Assembly: GCA_000385055.1 (NCBI GenBank)
Contig: ARRL01000003.1
Span: 59,460 to 123,459 of the forward strand
Source: a gamma proteobacterium SCGC AAA168-P09
GTDB taxonomy: Bacteria; Pseudomonadota; Gammaproteobacteria; Magnimaribacterales; D2472
Direction: 5' to 3'
DNA length: 64,000 bases
The translations under genes were made by a program, and so were the position numbers. Position 1 is the first letter of the stretch. Each line of letters starts with the position of its first letter. This document shows positions 21,058-30,601 of the stretch, piece after piece. A model generated the notes under the pieces. That model saw nothing but the letters and a program-made list of their open reading frames with translations, was not told where the DNA came from and did not search any database.

Positions 21058-22529
21058 GTCTTTTCTCTATTTTTAAAAAAGTAAGCCATGATAATCAAGG
21101 CTAATGCAATTACTGCATAGTATTGAATCATAAAAGTAAAAATGGGCTGAACTGAACTCAATCCATCAACAGTGGCATCACCACCAAGAAGACCTGCAAG
21201 AACTCCGCCAATTGCTGATGCTAAGAACCATAAACCAAACATTTGGCCCATATATCTTTTTGGTGAATACTTAGAGAAAGCTGATAAACCGATCGGAGAT
21301 AAGGCTAATTCTCCCCATGTTTGGAGCAAGTAAGTTAATAGCAGCCATCTCATCCCTACTGGTGCAGTAACCATCGCCAATTTAACAGCATAAACCATAA
21401 CAATAAAACTTAGAGCCATAAAAATCAGACCAATAGCAAATTTTATAGGTAATGAGGGATCTAAATTGATTCTTGCCAAATGGGCCCATATACCAGCAAA
21501 TATTGGAGCAAAAGTAACAACGAAGATTGGATTGGCAAATTGAAGCCAGCCAATTGGAATTATAAATCCACCAATTGATAAATCGGTGTAATCTCTAGCA
21601 AAAATACTCAATGAGCTCGCAGATTGATCAAAGCCAGACCAAAATGCTGCTGCACCAATAAATAATACAAAAAGTAATAATAAATTCTTCTTTTCAACAT
21701 TCTTCAGGCCTGCAAAACCATATAAATATAAAAAATAGGCGCCCGCTACTATTGTTAAAAAGTATGCAAAATTTTCAGCAAAAACTCTTGGATCAACTGT
21801 AATAAAACCTAGCAACCCAGCGCCAATTACTGTGAACATAATAATTAAGCTTATTTTTGTCCATTTAATAAGATTCGATCTTTTTTCATCTGACATTTCA
21901 TTAGGTTTTTGTCCAGCATCTTCAAGTAAATGTCTGAACTTAATGTATTGGTATACGCCAAAAGTCATACCTATTCCAGCAGCTCCAAAGCCATAATGCC
22001 ACCCAATTTTCTCGCCTAAATATGAGCAAATTAGAAACCCTAGCGTAGAGCCAATATTAATTGACATATAAAAAATCGTATAACCTGAGTCCCTTCTTTC
22101 ATCATTTTCTCTATACAAATTACCAACTATTGTTGAAATATTCCCTTTTAAAAGGCCTGTTCCAAGCACCACAAACATTAACCCTAAAAAGAAAGTTTGT
22201 TCTAATGGGATTGCTAAAGTGAAATGACCTAATGCGATAATAATTGCACCTATCAATACTGCTTTTTGATGCCCCAAGATATTGTCAGCAATCCAGCCTC
22301 CTGGAACTACCATAAAATAAACCATACCAACATAAATTCCATATATCGCATTAGCATTTATTGCAGAAAGACCCATTCCAGGATTAAAACCAGTTATTGC
22401 TCCGGTCATATATAAAACAAGAAGAGCTCTCATTCCATAGTAAGACATCCTTTCCCACATTTCAGTAAGAAATAGTGTTCTCAATCCAACCGGGTGACCA
22501 AAAAATGCTGTATCTTTATTCATAATCAT
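21054..22529 (-). CDS. POT/PTR2-family proton-dependent di/tripeptide permease
   Basis: 491-aa polytopic membrane protein with the PTR2 signature region FLTEMWERMSYYGMRALLVLYM. Confidence 0.88.
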   Translation of the reverse strand: MIMNKDTAFFGHPVGLRTLFLTEMWERMSYYGMRALLVLYMTGAITGFNPGMGLSAINANAIYGIYVGMVYFMVVPGGWIADNILGHQKAVLIGAIIIALGHFTLAIPLEQTFFLGLMFVVLGTGLLKGNISTIVGNLYRENDERRDSGYTIFYMSINIGSTLGFLICSYLGEKIGWHYGFGAAGIGMTFGVYQYIKFRHLLEDAGQKPNEMSDEKRSNLIKWTKISLIIMFTVIGAGLLGFITVDPRVFAENFAYFLTIVAGAYFLYLYGFAGLKNVEKKNLLLLFVLFIGAAAFWSGFDQSASSLSIFARDYTDLSIGGFIIPIGWLQFANPIFVVTFAPIFAGIWAHLARINLDPSLPIKFAIGLIFMALSFIVMVYAVKLAMVTAPVGMRWLLLTYLLQTWGELALSPIGLSAFSKYSPKRYMGQMFGLWFLASAIGGVLAGLLGGDATVDGLSSVQPIFTFMIQYYAVIALALIIMAYFFKNREKT

Positions 22530-22564
22530 GTATTTTGTAATTTGTTTTTATTACTATAAACAAA

Positions 22565-22975
22565 ATGAATCAAAAATCATATAAAGTCTTTCCTTTGAAA
22601 AGAATTGCTGCAAGCATCTATGATCTTTTTCTTCTTTTGGGTGTTTGGTTTGCAGTTGGATCAATTGCTCTATGGCTCAATGGAGGAGAAATATTAAATC
22701 CATGGCTAGGCCTCGCTATTGTTTTTGTTAGTAGTTGGTGTTTTTATGCTTATTTTTGGATTAATGGAAATAAAACCCTGGGCATGGCGGTCTGGAATAT
22801 AGAAATTTTCAGCACTGACGGAAATAAAGTCGGTCTTAAGCAAGTAACAATAAGATTTATAGTAAATATATTGATTTTTACTTTAGCTGGAATACCCCTC
22901 TTACAAATTTATTTTTCTTCTAATGGCTATTCGATGAGTGATATCTTGTCTAAAACATCACTAAGATCTATTTAA
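22565..22975 (+). CDS. RDD-family small membrane protein
   Basis: 136 aa and about 3 TM. The N-terminal KRIAASIYDLFLLLGVWF is of the kind found in RDD-domain proteins. This is a family-level call only. Confidence 0.55.
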   Translation: MNQKSYKVFPLKRIAASIYDLFLLLGVWFAVGSIALWLNGGEILNPWLGLAIVFVSSWCFYAYFWINGNKTLGMAVWNIEIFSTDGNKVGLKQVTIRFIVNILIFTLAGIPLLQIYFSSNGYSMSDILSKTSLRSI

Positions 22976-24021
22976 ATCTTTTTGTATAAAAAAATGCTTG
23001 AAATGAGCAGCATAAATGCTGGCGCTATAACCCCTACTAGAACAGAATAATTTATTGAGATAGCAAGGCTTATTGAAAAGTCTTGAATAACTTTATAGAT
23101 AAATGCCCCTATAACTGAAAGCACAATCCTAGATGCTGGCGATGTTTCTCGTAAAGAGCCAAATATAAATGAACCAAAAAAAATAATTAATGACAAGATT
23201 GATAAGGGCTGGAAAATCTTTTTATAAAAAGATTTTTCGAGATGAGATTTAAATAAGACATCTTTTTTTACTGAGCTATTTTGAAGTAAGTTTTTACTAA
23301 AAATTAATTCAGAAAATTTAAGCCTTTCAATGTCTTTGAGGGGTATAGATGCACCTAATGGAAATTTAAAAGGCTCTGAGTAATTCAAGGTATTTTCATT
23401 ATTAAATCCATAAGATGTCATTGTTCTATCAAAAACAATAACGTCTTCTTCAATATTAGCTGATTCAGACATTTTGTAATAAAGTGTATTGCTGGAATCT
23501 GATTTAAGAAATTTAACATTATAGATAGTGCTTCCAACCTTGTCTGAAAAATTTATAAAGGAATTTTTATCTTTAATCCATTCGTTATTTTCCTGAATAC
23601 TAGACTGATCATCAATTCTTAGATTCTTTTCTATCTCTGCATTAATATAAATATCTCTGAATACCAATTCATTTGCTGCTAAGTAAGAAAAAACTAAAAT
23701 CATTGGTCCTATGGCATTTAGCAAAACTATCTTGATTGGTGATTCTCCACTAGACCTAAGCACATTTAAATTACCTTCTTGGTGCGATATTCCTAAAGCA
23801 ATCATTACTCCAAGCAAGCAAGCTCCCTCTAAAAAATCATTTGCATCATATGGCATGGAAGCAAGCATAAATTTCAAAGAATATAGGAATGAATAGTTGG
23901 CAGAAAGATTCTCTAACTCGGATATAAAATTAAAAACAAAATCTAACAAAGCAAATAATACAAAGATGAAGCATGAGATCAATAATGATCTTTTTATCAT
24001 GTACTTATGAAAAATTTTCAT
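22972..24021 (-). CDS. lptG: LPS export ABC transporter permease LptG
   Basis: 349-aa YjgP/YjgQ-type permease with 3 TM, a periplasmic beta-jellyroll region, then 3 TM. It is the second gene of a pair divergent from pepA, as in E. coli. Confidence 0.85.
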   Translation of the reverse strand: MKIFHKYMIKRSLLISCFIFVLFALLDFVFNFISELENLSANYSFLYSLKFMLASMPYDANDFLEGACLLGVMIALGISHQEGNLNVLRSSGESPIKIVLLNAIGPMILVFSYLAANELVFRDIYINAEIEKNLRIDDQSSIQENNEWIKDKNSFINFSDKVGSTIYNVKFLKSDSSNTLYYKMSESANIEEDVIVFDRTMTSYGFNNENTLNYSEPFKFPLGASIPLKDIERLKFSELIFSKNLLQNSSVKKDVLFKSHLEKSFYKKIFQPLSILSLIIFFGSFIFGSLRETSPASRIVLSVIGAFIYKVIQDFSISLAISINYSVLVGVIAPAFMLLISSIFLYKKI

Positions 24022-25152
24022 TTAAGTGACAACCCACATCATAAGAATAAATAAACTAAGAGCTAAAACATATTTCATATAAAGGTTATCTCTTATTGCT
24101 AGATTTATATTGCCGCTATATGCAAATTTATCTTTTAAAAGATAAGCAAGTAAAAATAAAATAAAGATTAGATGGACATACCAGAGTCCAAATGAGGTCT
24201 TTGGATTATCAACAATGTACTCTCTTCCTAAGATTAATAAGCTCAAATACATCACATATAAAAGCATTCCTGGCAATATTACAGAAAATCTTCCTTGCCT
24301 TGGCTTAACCTCTGAAATATAAACCCCAATAAATAAAAGAATTAAGATTGTTATTGGCACTGAAACATTCCATTGAAAGCTAGCAGTATTTGAATCAGAT
24401 GAGAAATCAAATAATTTTGTTAGGCTCATATCATTTGTTAAGTTTTTCTTTTTTTTGATATCAAGCTTGAATTCATTAAAATTTGATTGGAGTTTTGAGG
24501 AATCAGAAAAAACTCCACTATAAAAAGAACCATTATTGAAATTTAGCTTTATGAGTTCTTTGCTTTCATTGGTGGAAAGCTCGTCAGCAATTACAAAAAA
24601 TGAGTTCTCTTGATTTTGTTTTAGAGCTTTTACTCCAGTTAAAAGATTATCAGTGTTTTGAATATAAATAAAGCCTCCATCATTCAAGGAAACTATTTCA
24701 TCTGATTTGATCGATTCAAGCTGTTCTTCAAAAGAGTCTATCTTTAATATTTCTTGCGATAATGCTTTTGTATAAGGGGCTACATATAAACTCAAAATTA
24801 GAGTTAATAGAAAATATAGCAACGCTTGAGGAGCTAAGAATTTTATTAATTCAAAGGGGGCTAAGCCAACAGAAAAGAAACCATAAATTTCTCTATCAGC
24901 ATAAATTCTACTGATAGAAATTAATACCCCTAGAAAAAAAGAAAGAGGTATTAAAAGGGTTATAAAATCTGGAAATCTTAGAGCAACAACACTCATTATA
25001 ATAGCGGGGTCAAGATTTCCTTCTGCAGCTTGCTCAAAATAACCAACAATCCTGGAGCCTACTACCAAAAGAAAGAATATCAATAAGACACTACTTGAAG
25101 ATTTAAAGACCTCCATATTCAAACTTTTTGAAAGAATATTTTTTTTATACAT
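24022..25152 (-). CDS. lptF: LPS export ABC transporter permease LptF
   Basis: YjgP/YjgQ-type permease. I place the start at MYKKNILSKSL (ATG at 25152), 17 codons inside the ORF-track start, by analogy to the E. coli LptF N-terminus. It is divergent from pepA. Confidence 0.82.
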   Translation of the reverse strand: MYKKNILSKSLNMEVFKSSSSVLLIFFLLVVGSRIVGYFEQAAEGNLDPAIIMSVVALRFPDFITLLIPLSFFLGVLISISRIYADREIYGFFSVGLAPFELIKFLAPQALLYFLLTLILSLYVAPYTKALSQEILKIDSFEEQLESIKSDEIVSLNDGGFIYIQNTDNLLTGVKALKQNQENSFFVIADELSTNESKELIKLNFNNGSFYSGVFSDSSKLQSNFNEFKLDIKKKKNLTNDMSLTKLFDFSSDSNTASFQWNVSVPITILILLFIGVYISEVKPRQGRFSVILPGMLLYVMYLSLLILGREYIVDNPKTSFGLWYVHLIFILFLLAYLLKDKFAYSGNINLAIRDNLYMKYVLALSLFILMMWVVT

Positions 25153-25218
25153 GCCTTGAGAACTATGATGCATTACAATATTTATCTTATCAGTAAATAC
25201 CATAACAGGAGAACTTAA

Positions 25219-26736
25219 ATGGCGTATAAAGTTTTAAATAATGTTTCAGTAAAAGATGCTGGATCTAATAGTCTGGCTTCATTAAAAACAGATATGTTGG
25301 TTATTGTTATCAACAAAAATACAATGAGTGATTCATCCTTTAAAGAATTAAATAAAATTTCAAAAAATTATATTTCTAAGACAATTTCTTCACACCTAAA
25401 AGATTCTAGCAGCAATGTTCTTCTTCCAAAAATTGATGGTATTGCCGCTGCAAACATATTGCTTGCTAATGGACTAGATTTATCAGCTCCCACTCACAAA
25501 TGGTTAAGTATGTATCAATCAATTGCACATAAAGGTAATAGCCTTAAGTGCAAAGATATTTCTATAATGCCTGGTAGCATAAGCCCTGCTAAAAAAGATG
25601 AGTTTTGGTTGATAGAAACCGTTGCAAAAACAATTGAATCAAGTGTTTATATTTTTTCTGAAACTAAAAATAAAACTGCTACAAAACCAGCAGTAAAAAA
25701 ATTAACTATATTGACATCTGGTCTTAGTGGATCAAATCTAACTAAAGCAAAACATGCAGCTAAAACTGGATATGCTATTGGCGAGGGTGTTAATACTGCA
25801 AAATATCTTGGCGATCTTCCTGCAAATCATTGCACTCCAAGAATAATTGAGAAAAAAGTTAAAGGTATGACAAAAGATTTTCCTAATTTAAAGGTTAAAT
25901 CTTTTAATGAACAGCAAATGCAAAAAATGGGAATGGGTTCATTCTTGAGTGTTTCTAGAGGCAGTGAAGAACCAGCAAGAATGATGGTCATTGAGTACAA
26001 GGGTGGCAAAGCTAATGAAAAACCAATTGCGCTAGTTGGTAAAGGCGTTACTTTTGATACTGGCGGAGTTTCCATAAAACCGAGTCCTGCTATGGATGAG
26101 ATGAAGTGGGATATGTGTGGTGCAGCAACTGTATTTGGGGTTATGTCGACACTTGCAAGATTAAATGCAAATGTAAATGTTGTTGGTGTAATGGGTTGTG
26201 CTGAAAACATGTGTTCTTCTAAAGCCACAAAGCCTGGAGATGTTGTAACATCGATGTCAGGTCAAACTATAGAAATTCTAAATACAGATGCTGAAGGTAG
26301 ATTGATTCTTGCTGATTGTCTTACCTTTGTTGGCAAATATAAACCATCTTATGTCATTGATATGGCAACTCTTACAGGAGCCGTTGTTGTTGCTTTGGGA
26401 AGACATGCCAGCGGTGTGATGACTAATGATCAACATTTAGCAGAAAAGATTATTGAGGCTGGTGAAGAATCAGGAGATAGAGCATGGCAACTGCCATTAT
26501 GGGATGAGCATCAGTCTTGTACAAAAACTAAATATGCTGATTTAGCCAATATTGGCGGAGGCAGAGAAGCAGGCACTATTCATGCTGCTGCATTCTTATC
26601 AAAGTTCACTAATGATTATAAATGGGCTCATATTGATATTGCTGCTACAGCTTCTTATAGTTCTCCTGTGAAAGCAGGGACAGGGAGACCAGTACCTCTT
26701 ATAAGTCAGTTACTTCTTAGTAAGAAGTTAAAATAA
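25219..26736 (+). CDS. pepA: leucyl aminopeptidase (M17)
   Basis: 505 aa. It has VGKGVTFDTGG and the NTDAEGRL signature. Confidence 0.95.
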   Translation: MAYKVLNNVSVKDAGSNSLASLKTDMLVIVINKNTMSDSSFKELNKISKNYISKTISSHLKDSSSNVLLPKIDGIAAANILLANGLDLSAPTHKWLSMYQSIAHKGNSLKCKDISIMPGSISPAKKDEFWLIETVAKTIESSVYIFSETKNKTATKPAVKKLTILTSGLSGSNLTKAKHAAKTGYAIGEGVNTAKYLGDLPANHCTPRIIEKKVKGMTKDFPNLKVKSFNEQQMQKMGMGSFLSVSRGSEEPARMMVIEYKGGKANEKPIALVGKGVTFDTGGVSIKPSPAMDEMKWDMCGAATVFGVMSTLARLNANVNVVGVMGCAENMCSSKATKPGDVVTSMSGQTIEILNTDAEGRLILADCLTFVGKYKPSYVIDMATLTGAVVVALGRHASGVMTNDQHLAEKIIEAGEESGDRAWQLPLWDEHQSCTKTKYADLANIGGGREAGTIHAAAFLSKFTNDYKWAHIDIAATASYSSPVKAGTGRPVPLISQLLLSKKLK

Positions 26737-26754
26737 TTTTAATTAAGCTTCCTC

Positions 26755-28974
26755 ATGGATAAACAGTATTACCCTGTAGAAATTGAAGAAAAATGGTCTA
26801 AGATTTGGTCCGAAAGAATTATTTCAAATAAAGATTCTGATGTTTCTTTTTCTCAGGTAATACCGCCTCCAAATGTAACTGGCACGCTTCATATGGGCCA
26901 TAGTTTTCAATACGCAATTATGGATTTCTATACAAGATATCATCATATGTCTGGAAAAGATGCTCACTGGCAAGTTGGTGCCGATCATGCAGGCATAGCA
27001 ACCCAGATGGTTGTAGAAAATAATCTTGCAAAAAATGATGTGACAAGATTAGATTTGGGAAGAGAGAAATTTCTTGATGAAGTTTGGTCATGGAAAGATT
27101 ACTCAGAAGAAAAAATTACCTCACAGATTAAAAGACTTGGATGCTCTGTAGACTGGAATAAATATAGATTTACCTTAGATGATGGTTGCAATGAAGCGGT
27201 TATGAAAGCTTTTGTTGAATTGCATAGAAAAAATAAAATCTATAGAGGTTATAGACTGGTCAATTGGGATCCATCACTTAAAACTGCTGTTTCAGATCTT
27301 GAGGTTATAAGACAAGAGAAAGAGGGTCTTCTTTGGCATATTAAATATCCAATTGAAGATTCAGATGACTTTGTAATAGTAGCCACAACTCGACCTGAAA
27401 CTATGTTTGGAGATATGGCAGTTGCTGTTAATCCCAATGATGATAGATATAAAAATCTTATTGGTAAAAATATTGTTCTACCTTTTGTGGGAAGAAAAAT
27501 ACCAATAATAGCTGATGAATATGTTGATATGGAATTTGGTACCGGTTGTCTGAAAATTACTCCAGGCCATGATTTTAACGATTACGAAATAGGTAAAAAA
27601 TACTCACTTCATGAAGTGGATGGAGAAGTAAAAACCTCAGATACAACAAGTGACTTTGAGCCTATCAATATATTTAATGAGGATGCATGGTCAAATGAAA
27701 ATGTACCAGAGCCATTTTCAAATCTAGATCGTTTTAAGGTTAGAAAAACTGTATTAGAAAAACTAAAAGGGCTTAATCTTTTAGAAAAAGAAGAAAAACA
27801 TTATATAAGCGTGCCCAGAGGTGAAAGATCTAATATTGTTATTGAGCCCAGATTAAGTTATCAGTGGTATGTCAAAACTGAGGAAATGGCAGCAAGAGCT
27901 AATGAGGCTGTTAACAAGGGAGAGATAAAATTTCATCCTGGTAATTGGGTTAAAACATATTTTAATTGGATGAATAATATTGAGGACTGGTGCATCAGTA
28001 GGCAAATATGGTGGGGTCACAGAATCCCAGCATGGTATGACTCAGAAAATAATGTTTACGTTGGTCACAGTGAAGATGAGGTCAGACAATTTTATAAACT
28101 TGATGATAGAAAACTCTTACAAGATGAAGACGTTTTAGATACATGGTTTTCTTCAAGTTTATGGCCTTTTGCATCTTTGGGATGGCCAGAAAAAACTGAA
28201 GATTTTGAAAAACATTTTCCAACCTCTTTGTTGGTTACTGGGTTTGATATTATATTTTTTTGGGTTGCCAGAATGATGATGATGAGCCTTGAATTTACTG
28301 ATCAAATCCCTTTTAAAGATGTTTATATTACAGGTCTGATAAGAGATGAAAATGGGCAAAAGATGTCTAAATCTAAAGGCAATGTTATTGATCCATTAGA
28401 CCTAATTTATGGTATTTCTCAAGAGGATTTAGTTAAAAAAAGAACTTCGAATCTCATGCAAGAAGGTATTGCAAAGAAGATTGAAAGGAAGACAAGAAAC
28501 CAATTTCCAAAAGGTATTGATTCCTACGGAACAGATGCCTTAAGAATGACATTTTATTCACTAGCAACACATACTAAAGATATAAGTTTTGAAATGGGTA
28601 GACTTAAAGGATATAGAAACTTCTGTACTAAAGTCTGGAATGCAGCAAGATTTATCAACGGCTATTCGGTTGGAAACGATTCATTTCAATCGGCAAATAA
28701 AACTGATGAGTGGATATACGAAGAGTTTGAAAAATCAAAAAAACAAATTGAGAGAAATATTAAAGACTATAGATTGGACTATGCTATCAATGAAGTTTAT
28801 GAGTTTTTCTGGAGTAAGTTTTGTGATGTCTATATTGAAGAATGTAAAAAAAGTGGAGAGACAAATAATCTAAGGCCTCTTTTGAAAGAAATACTAGTCA
28901 TGATGCACCCTTTTGCACCATTCATAACTGAAGAAATTCATAGTTTATTATTTGATAGTTCTATTATTCACTAA
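26755..28974 (+). CDS. valS: valine--tRNA ligase, unusually short (739 aa; C-terminal region absent)
   Basis: It has the HIGH region PPPNVTGTLHMGH, editing-domain motifs (TTRPETMFGD, GTGCLKITPGHD), KMSKS at aa 536-540 and the anticodon-binding helix HPFAPFITEEI at aa 718-727. A stop codon follows 12 aa later. Confidence 0.93.
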   Translation: MDKQYYPVEIEEKWSKIWSERIISNKDSDVSFSQVIPPPNVTGTLHMGHSFQYAIMDFYTRYHHMSGKDAHWQVGADHAGIATQMVVENNLAKNDVTRLDLGREKFLDEVWSWKDYSEEKITSQIKRLGCSVDWNKYRFTLDDGCNEAVMKAFVELHRKNKIYRGYRLVNWDPSLKTAVSDLEVIRQEKEGLLWHIKYPIEDSDDFVIVATTRPETMFGDMAVAVNPNDDRYKNLIGKNIVLPFVGRKIPIIADEYVDMEFGTGCLKITPGHDFNDYEIGKKYSLHEVDGEVKTSDTTSDFEPINIFNEDAWSNENVPEPFSNLDRFKVRKTVLEKLKGLNLLEKEEKHYISVPRGERSNIVIEPRLSYQWYVKTEEMAARANEAVNKGEIKFHPGNWVKTYFNWMNNIEDWCISRQIWWGHRIPAWYDSENNVYVGHSEDEVRQFYKLDDRKLLQDEDVLDTWFSSSLWPFASLGWPEKTEDFEKHFPTSLLVTGFDIIFFWVARMMMMSLEFTDQIPFKDVYITGLIRDENGQKMSKSKGNVIDPLDLIYGISQEDLVKKRTSNLMQEGIAKKIERKTRNQFPKGIDSYGTDALRMTFYSLATHTKDISFEMGRLKGYRNFCTKVWNAARFINGYSVGNDSFQSANKTDEWIYEEFEKSKKQIERNIKDYRLDYAINEVYEFFWSKFCDVYIEECKKSGETNNLRPLLKEILVMMHPFAPFITEEIHSLLFDSSIIH

Positions 28975-29024
28975 ATAATATTATTAAAGTCTAAATCAAA
29001 AAAATAACTTATTCATTAATTTTT

Positions 29025-29495
29025 TTAACTTGTTTGATAAGGAAGAATGTACATCTGGATATGATCAATATCATCTTCTAAATAAACTTCACCTCTAGCC
29101 GAAAATCCAAGATCAATATAAAAATGCTCTAATCTATGTTGAGCTGAGATAATAATTTCATGATTAGGAAATTCTCTTGATAGAAAGTATACTCCCTCTT
29201 TTGTTATCTCTTTTCCAATACCAAGGCCTCTAGAATTTATTTCTGTGACGATTCTCCCCAGTGAAGATCCTTCATATTTTATTCCAGGTTTAAAAGCTCT
29301 AAGGTACCCAATCAAGTCATTATTTTTATATACCAGCAAATGAAATGCATCTTGGTCAGTGTAATCAGCGTCTATGTATGGACAATCTTGCTCAACAATA
29401 AATACTTTTTGTCTTAAGTGGATCACTGCATAGAGCTCATCTGAAGATAGCTCATCAAATGCTTTCCAAATATATTTAATTTCTGTGTTTATCAT
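29025..29495 (-). CDS. ElaA-like GNAT family N-acetyltransferase
   Basis: 156 aa. The segment LSSDELYAVIHLRQKVFIVEQDCPYIDADYTDQDAFHL is the characteristic ElaA-type N-terminal region, followed by the GNAT core RGLGIGKE. Confidence 0.75.
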   Translation of the reverse strand: MINTEIKYIWKAFDELSSDELYAVIHLRQKVFIVEQDCPYIDADYTDQDAFHLLVYKNNDLIGYLRAFKPGIKYEGSSLGRIVTEINSRGLGIGKEITKEGVYFLSREFPNHEIIISAQHRLEHFYIDLGFSARGEVYLEDDIDHIQMYILPYQTS

Positions 29496-29626
29496 AACTT
29501 TTACTTATATAGTGATTATATAGATGCTTTAAGGTTAGGTCATATTTAAGATTTGTATCTCTTTTTTGTATATAATCATATTTTTTTTAAAAACATATTT
29601 TTAATCTAAAACACAGGAACCCAAAA

Positions 29627-30109
29627 ATGAAAACAGTTTATGACTTTAATGTTAAAGATGCAGATTTAAATGAAGTATCTCTTGGTGAATATCATGATAA
29701 AGTTCTTTTAGTTGTTAATGTTGCCAGTCAATGCGGGCTTACACCTCAATATAAAGGTCTTCAGGAATTATATGAAAAATATAATTCTAATGGTTTAGAG
29801 ATTCTTGGATTTCCTTGCAATCAATTTAAAGGTCAAGAACCTGGTACAAATGAAGAAATTCAATTCTTTTGTAACGAAAAATATAATGTGAGTTTTAAAA
29901 TTTTTGATAAAATTGATGTTAATGGCCCAAATGCTGATCCTTTTTATGATTTTCTTAAAAATGAGCAACCTGGTGTTCTTGGTACAAAGAATATCAAATG
30001 GAATTTTTCAAAATTTTTGGTTAATAAGGATGGGGAAGTCATTAAAAGATATTCTCCAACTACTAAGCCAGAAGACATTGAGTTAGACATCGAAAATCTT
30101 CTAAGCTAA
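29627..30109 (+). CDS. glutathione peroxidase (Cys-type, BtuE-like)
   Basis: 160 aa with NVASQCGLTPQY, LGFPCNQF and WNFSKFL motifs. The catalytic residue is Cys (TGC), not an in-frame TGA. Confidence 0.93.
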   Translation: MKTVYDFNVKDADLNEVSLGEYHDKVLLVVNVASQCGLTPQYKGLQELYEKYNSNGLEILGFPCNQFKGQEPGTNEEIQFFCNEKYNVSFKIFDKIDVNGPNADPFYDFLKNEQPGVLGTKNIKWNFSKFLVNKDGEVIKRYSPTTKPEDIELDIENLLS

Positions 30110-30115
30110 TTATTA

Positions 30116-30601
30116 ATGGCTATATCCTTCATTGGTTGGATTCATACTTTAATAGCTCTTGTAGCAATAGGATCTGGTGCATATTCTTTAAAAAACCATA
30201 CAATCATAGAGACAAAAAATTTTTCAGCTAAAGTCTTTGTTGTTACCACCATCATTACTGCATTAACTGCTCTATTGATGTATAAACGTGGTTTTGATGT
30301 GGGACACTTGTTAGCAATAGCTACACTCTTAGCTGTAATATTTGGATACATTAATGAAAAAGGTATGTTTTTTGGATTCCTTGCACCCTACTTACAAACC
30401 ATCAGCTATTCTGCGCTATTTTTATTTCATATGATTCCAGGTATAACCGAAGTATTAAGAAGGTTTCCTCCAGGCGATCCAGTGGTTATTGACTCCAATG
30501 TCGATCATCCAATTCTTATTAGCTTTTACATAACATTTTTTATCTCATATCTTATAGTTACAACAAATCAAATTATATGGTTAAAAAAACGAGGTAGTTA
30601 A
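30116..30601 (+). CDS. hypothetical integral membrane protein (about 5 TM)
   Basis: 161-aa ORF with several hydrophobic segments. No family was recognised by eye. Confidence 0.5.
   Translation: MAISFIGWIHTLIALVAIGSGAYSLKNHTIIETKNFSAKVFVVTTIITALTALLMYKRGFDVGHLLAIATLLAVIFGYINEKGMFFGFLAPYLQTISYSALFLFHMIPGITEVLRRFPPGDPVVIDSNVDHPILISFYITFFISYLIVTTNQIIWLKKRGS

Noticed and set aside
28159-28359. 66-aa minus-strand ORF containing an HHHH run inside valS.
   Set aside because: It is antisense to the conserved ValRS catalytic core (the MMMM stretch read backwards), with no independent support.
29627-30109. Possible selenocysteine recoding in glutathione peroxidase.
   Set aside because: The catalytic position is an ordinary Cys codon (VASQCG). 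There is no in-frame TGA and no SECIS-like hairpin requirement.
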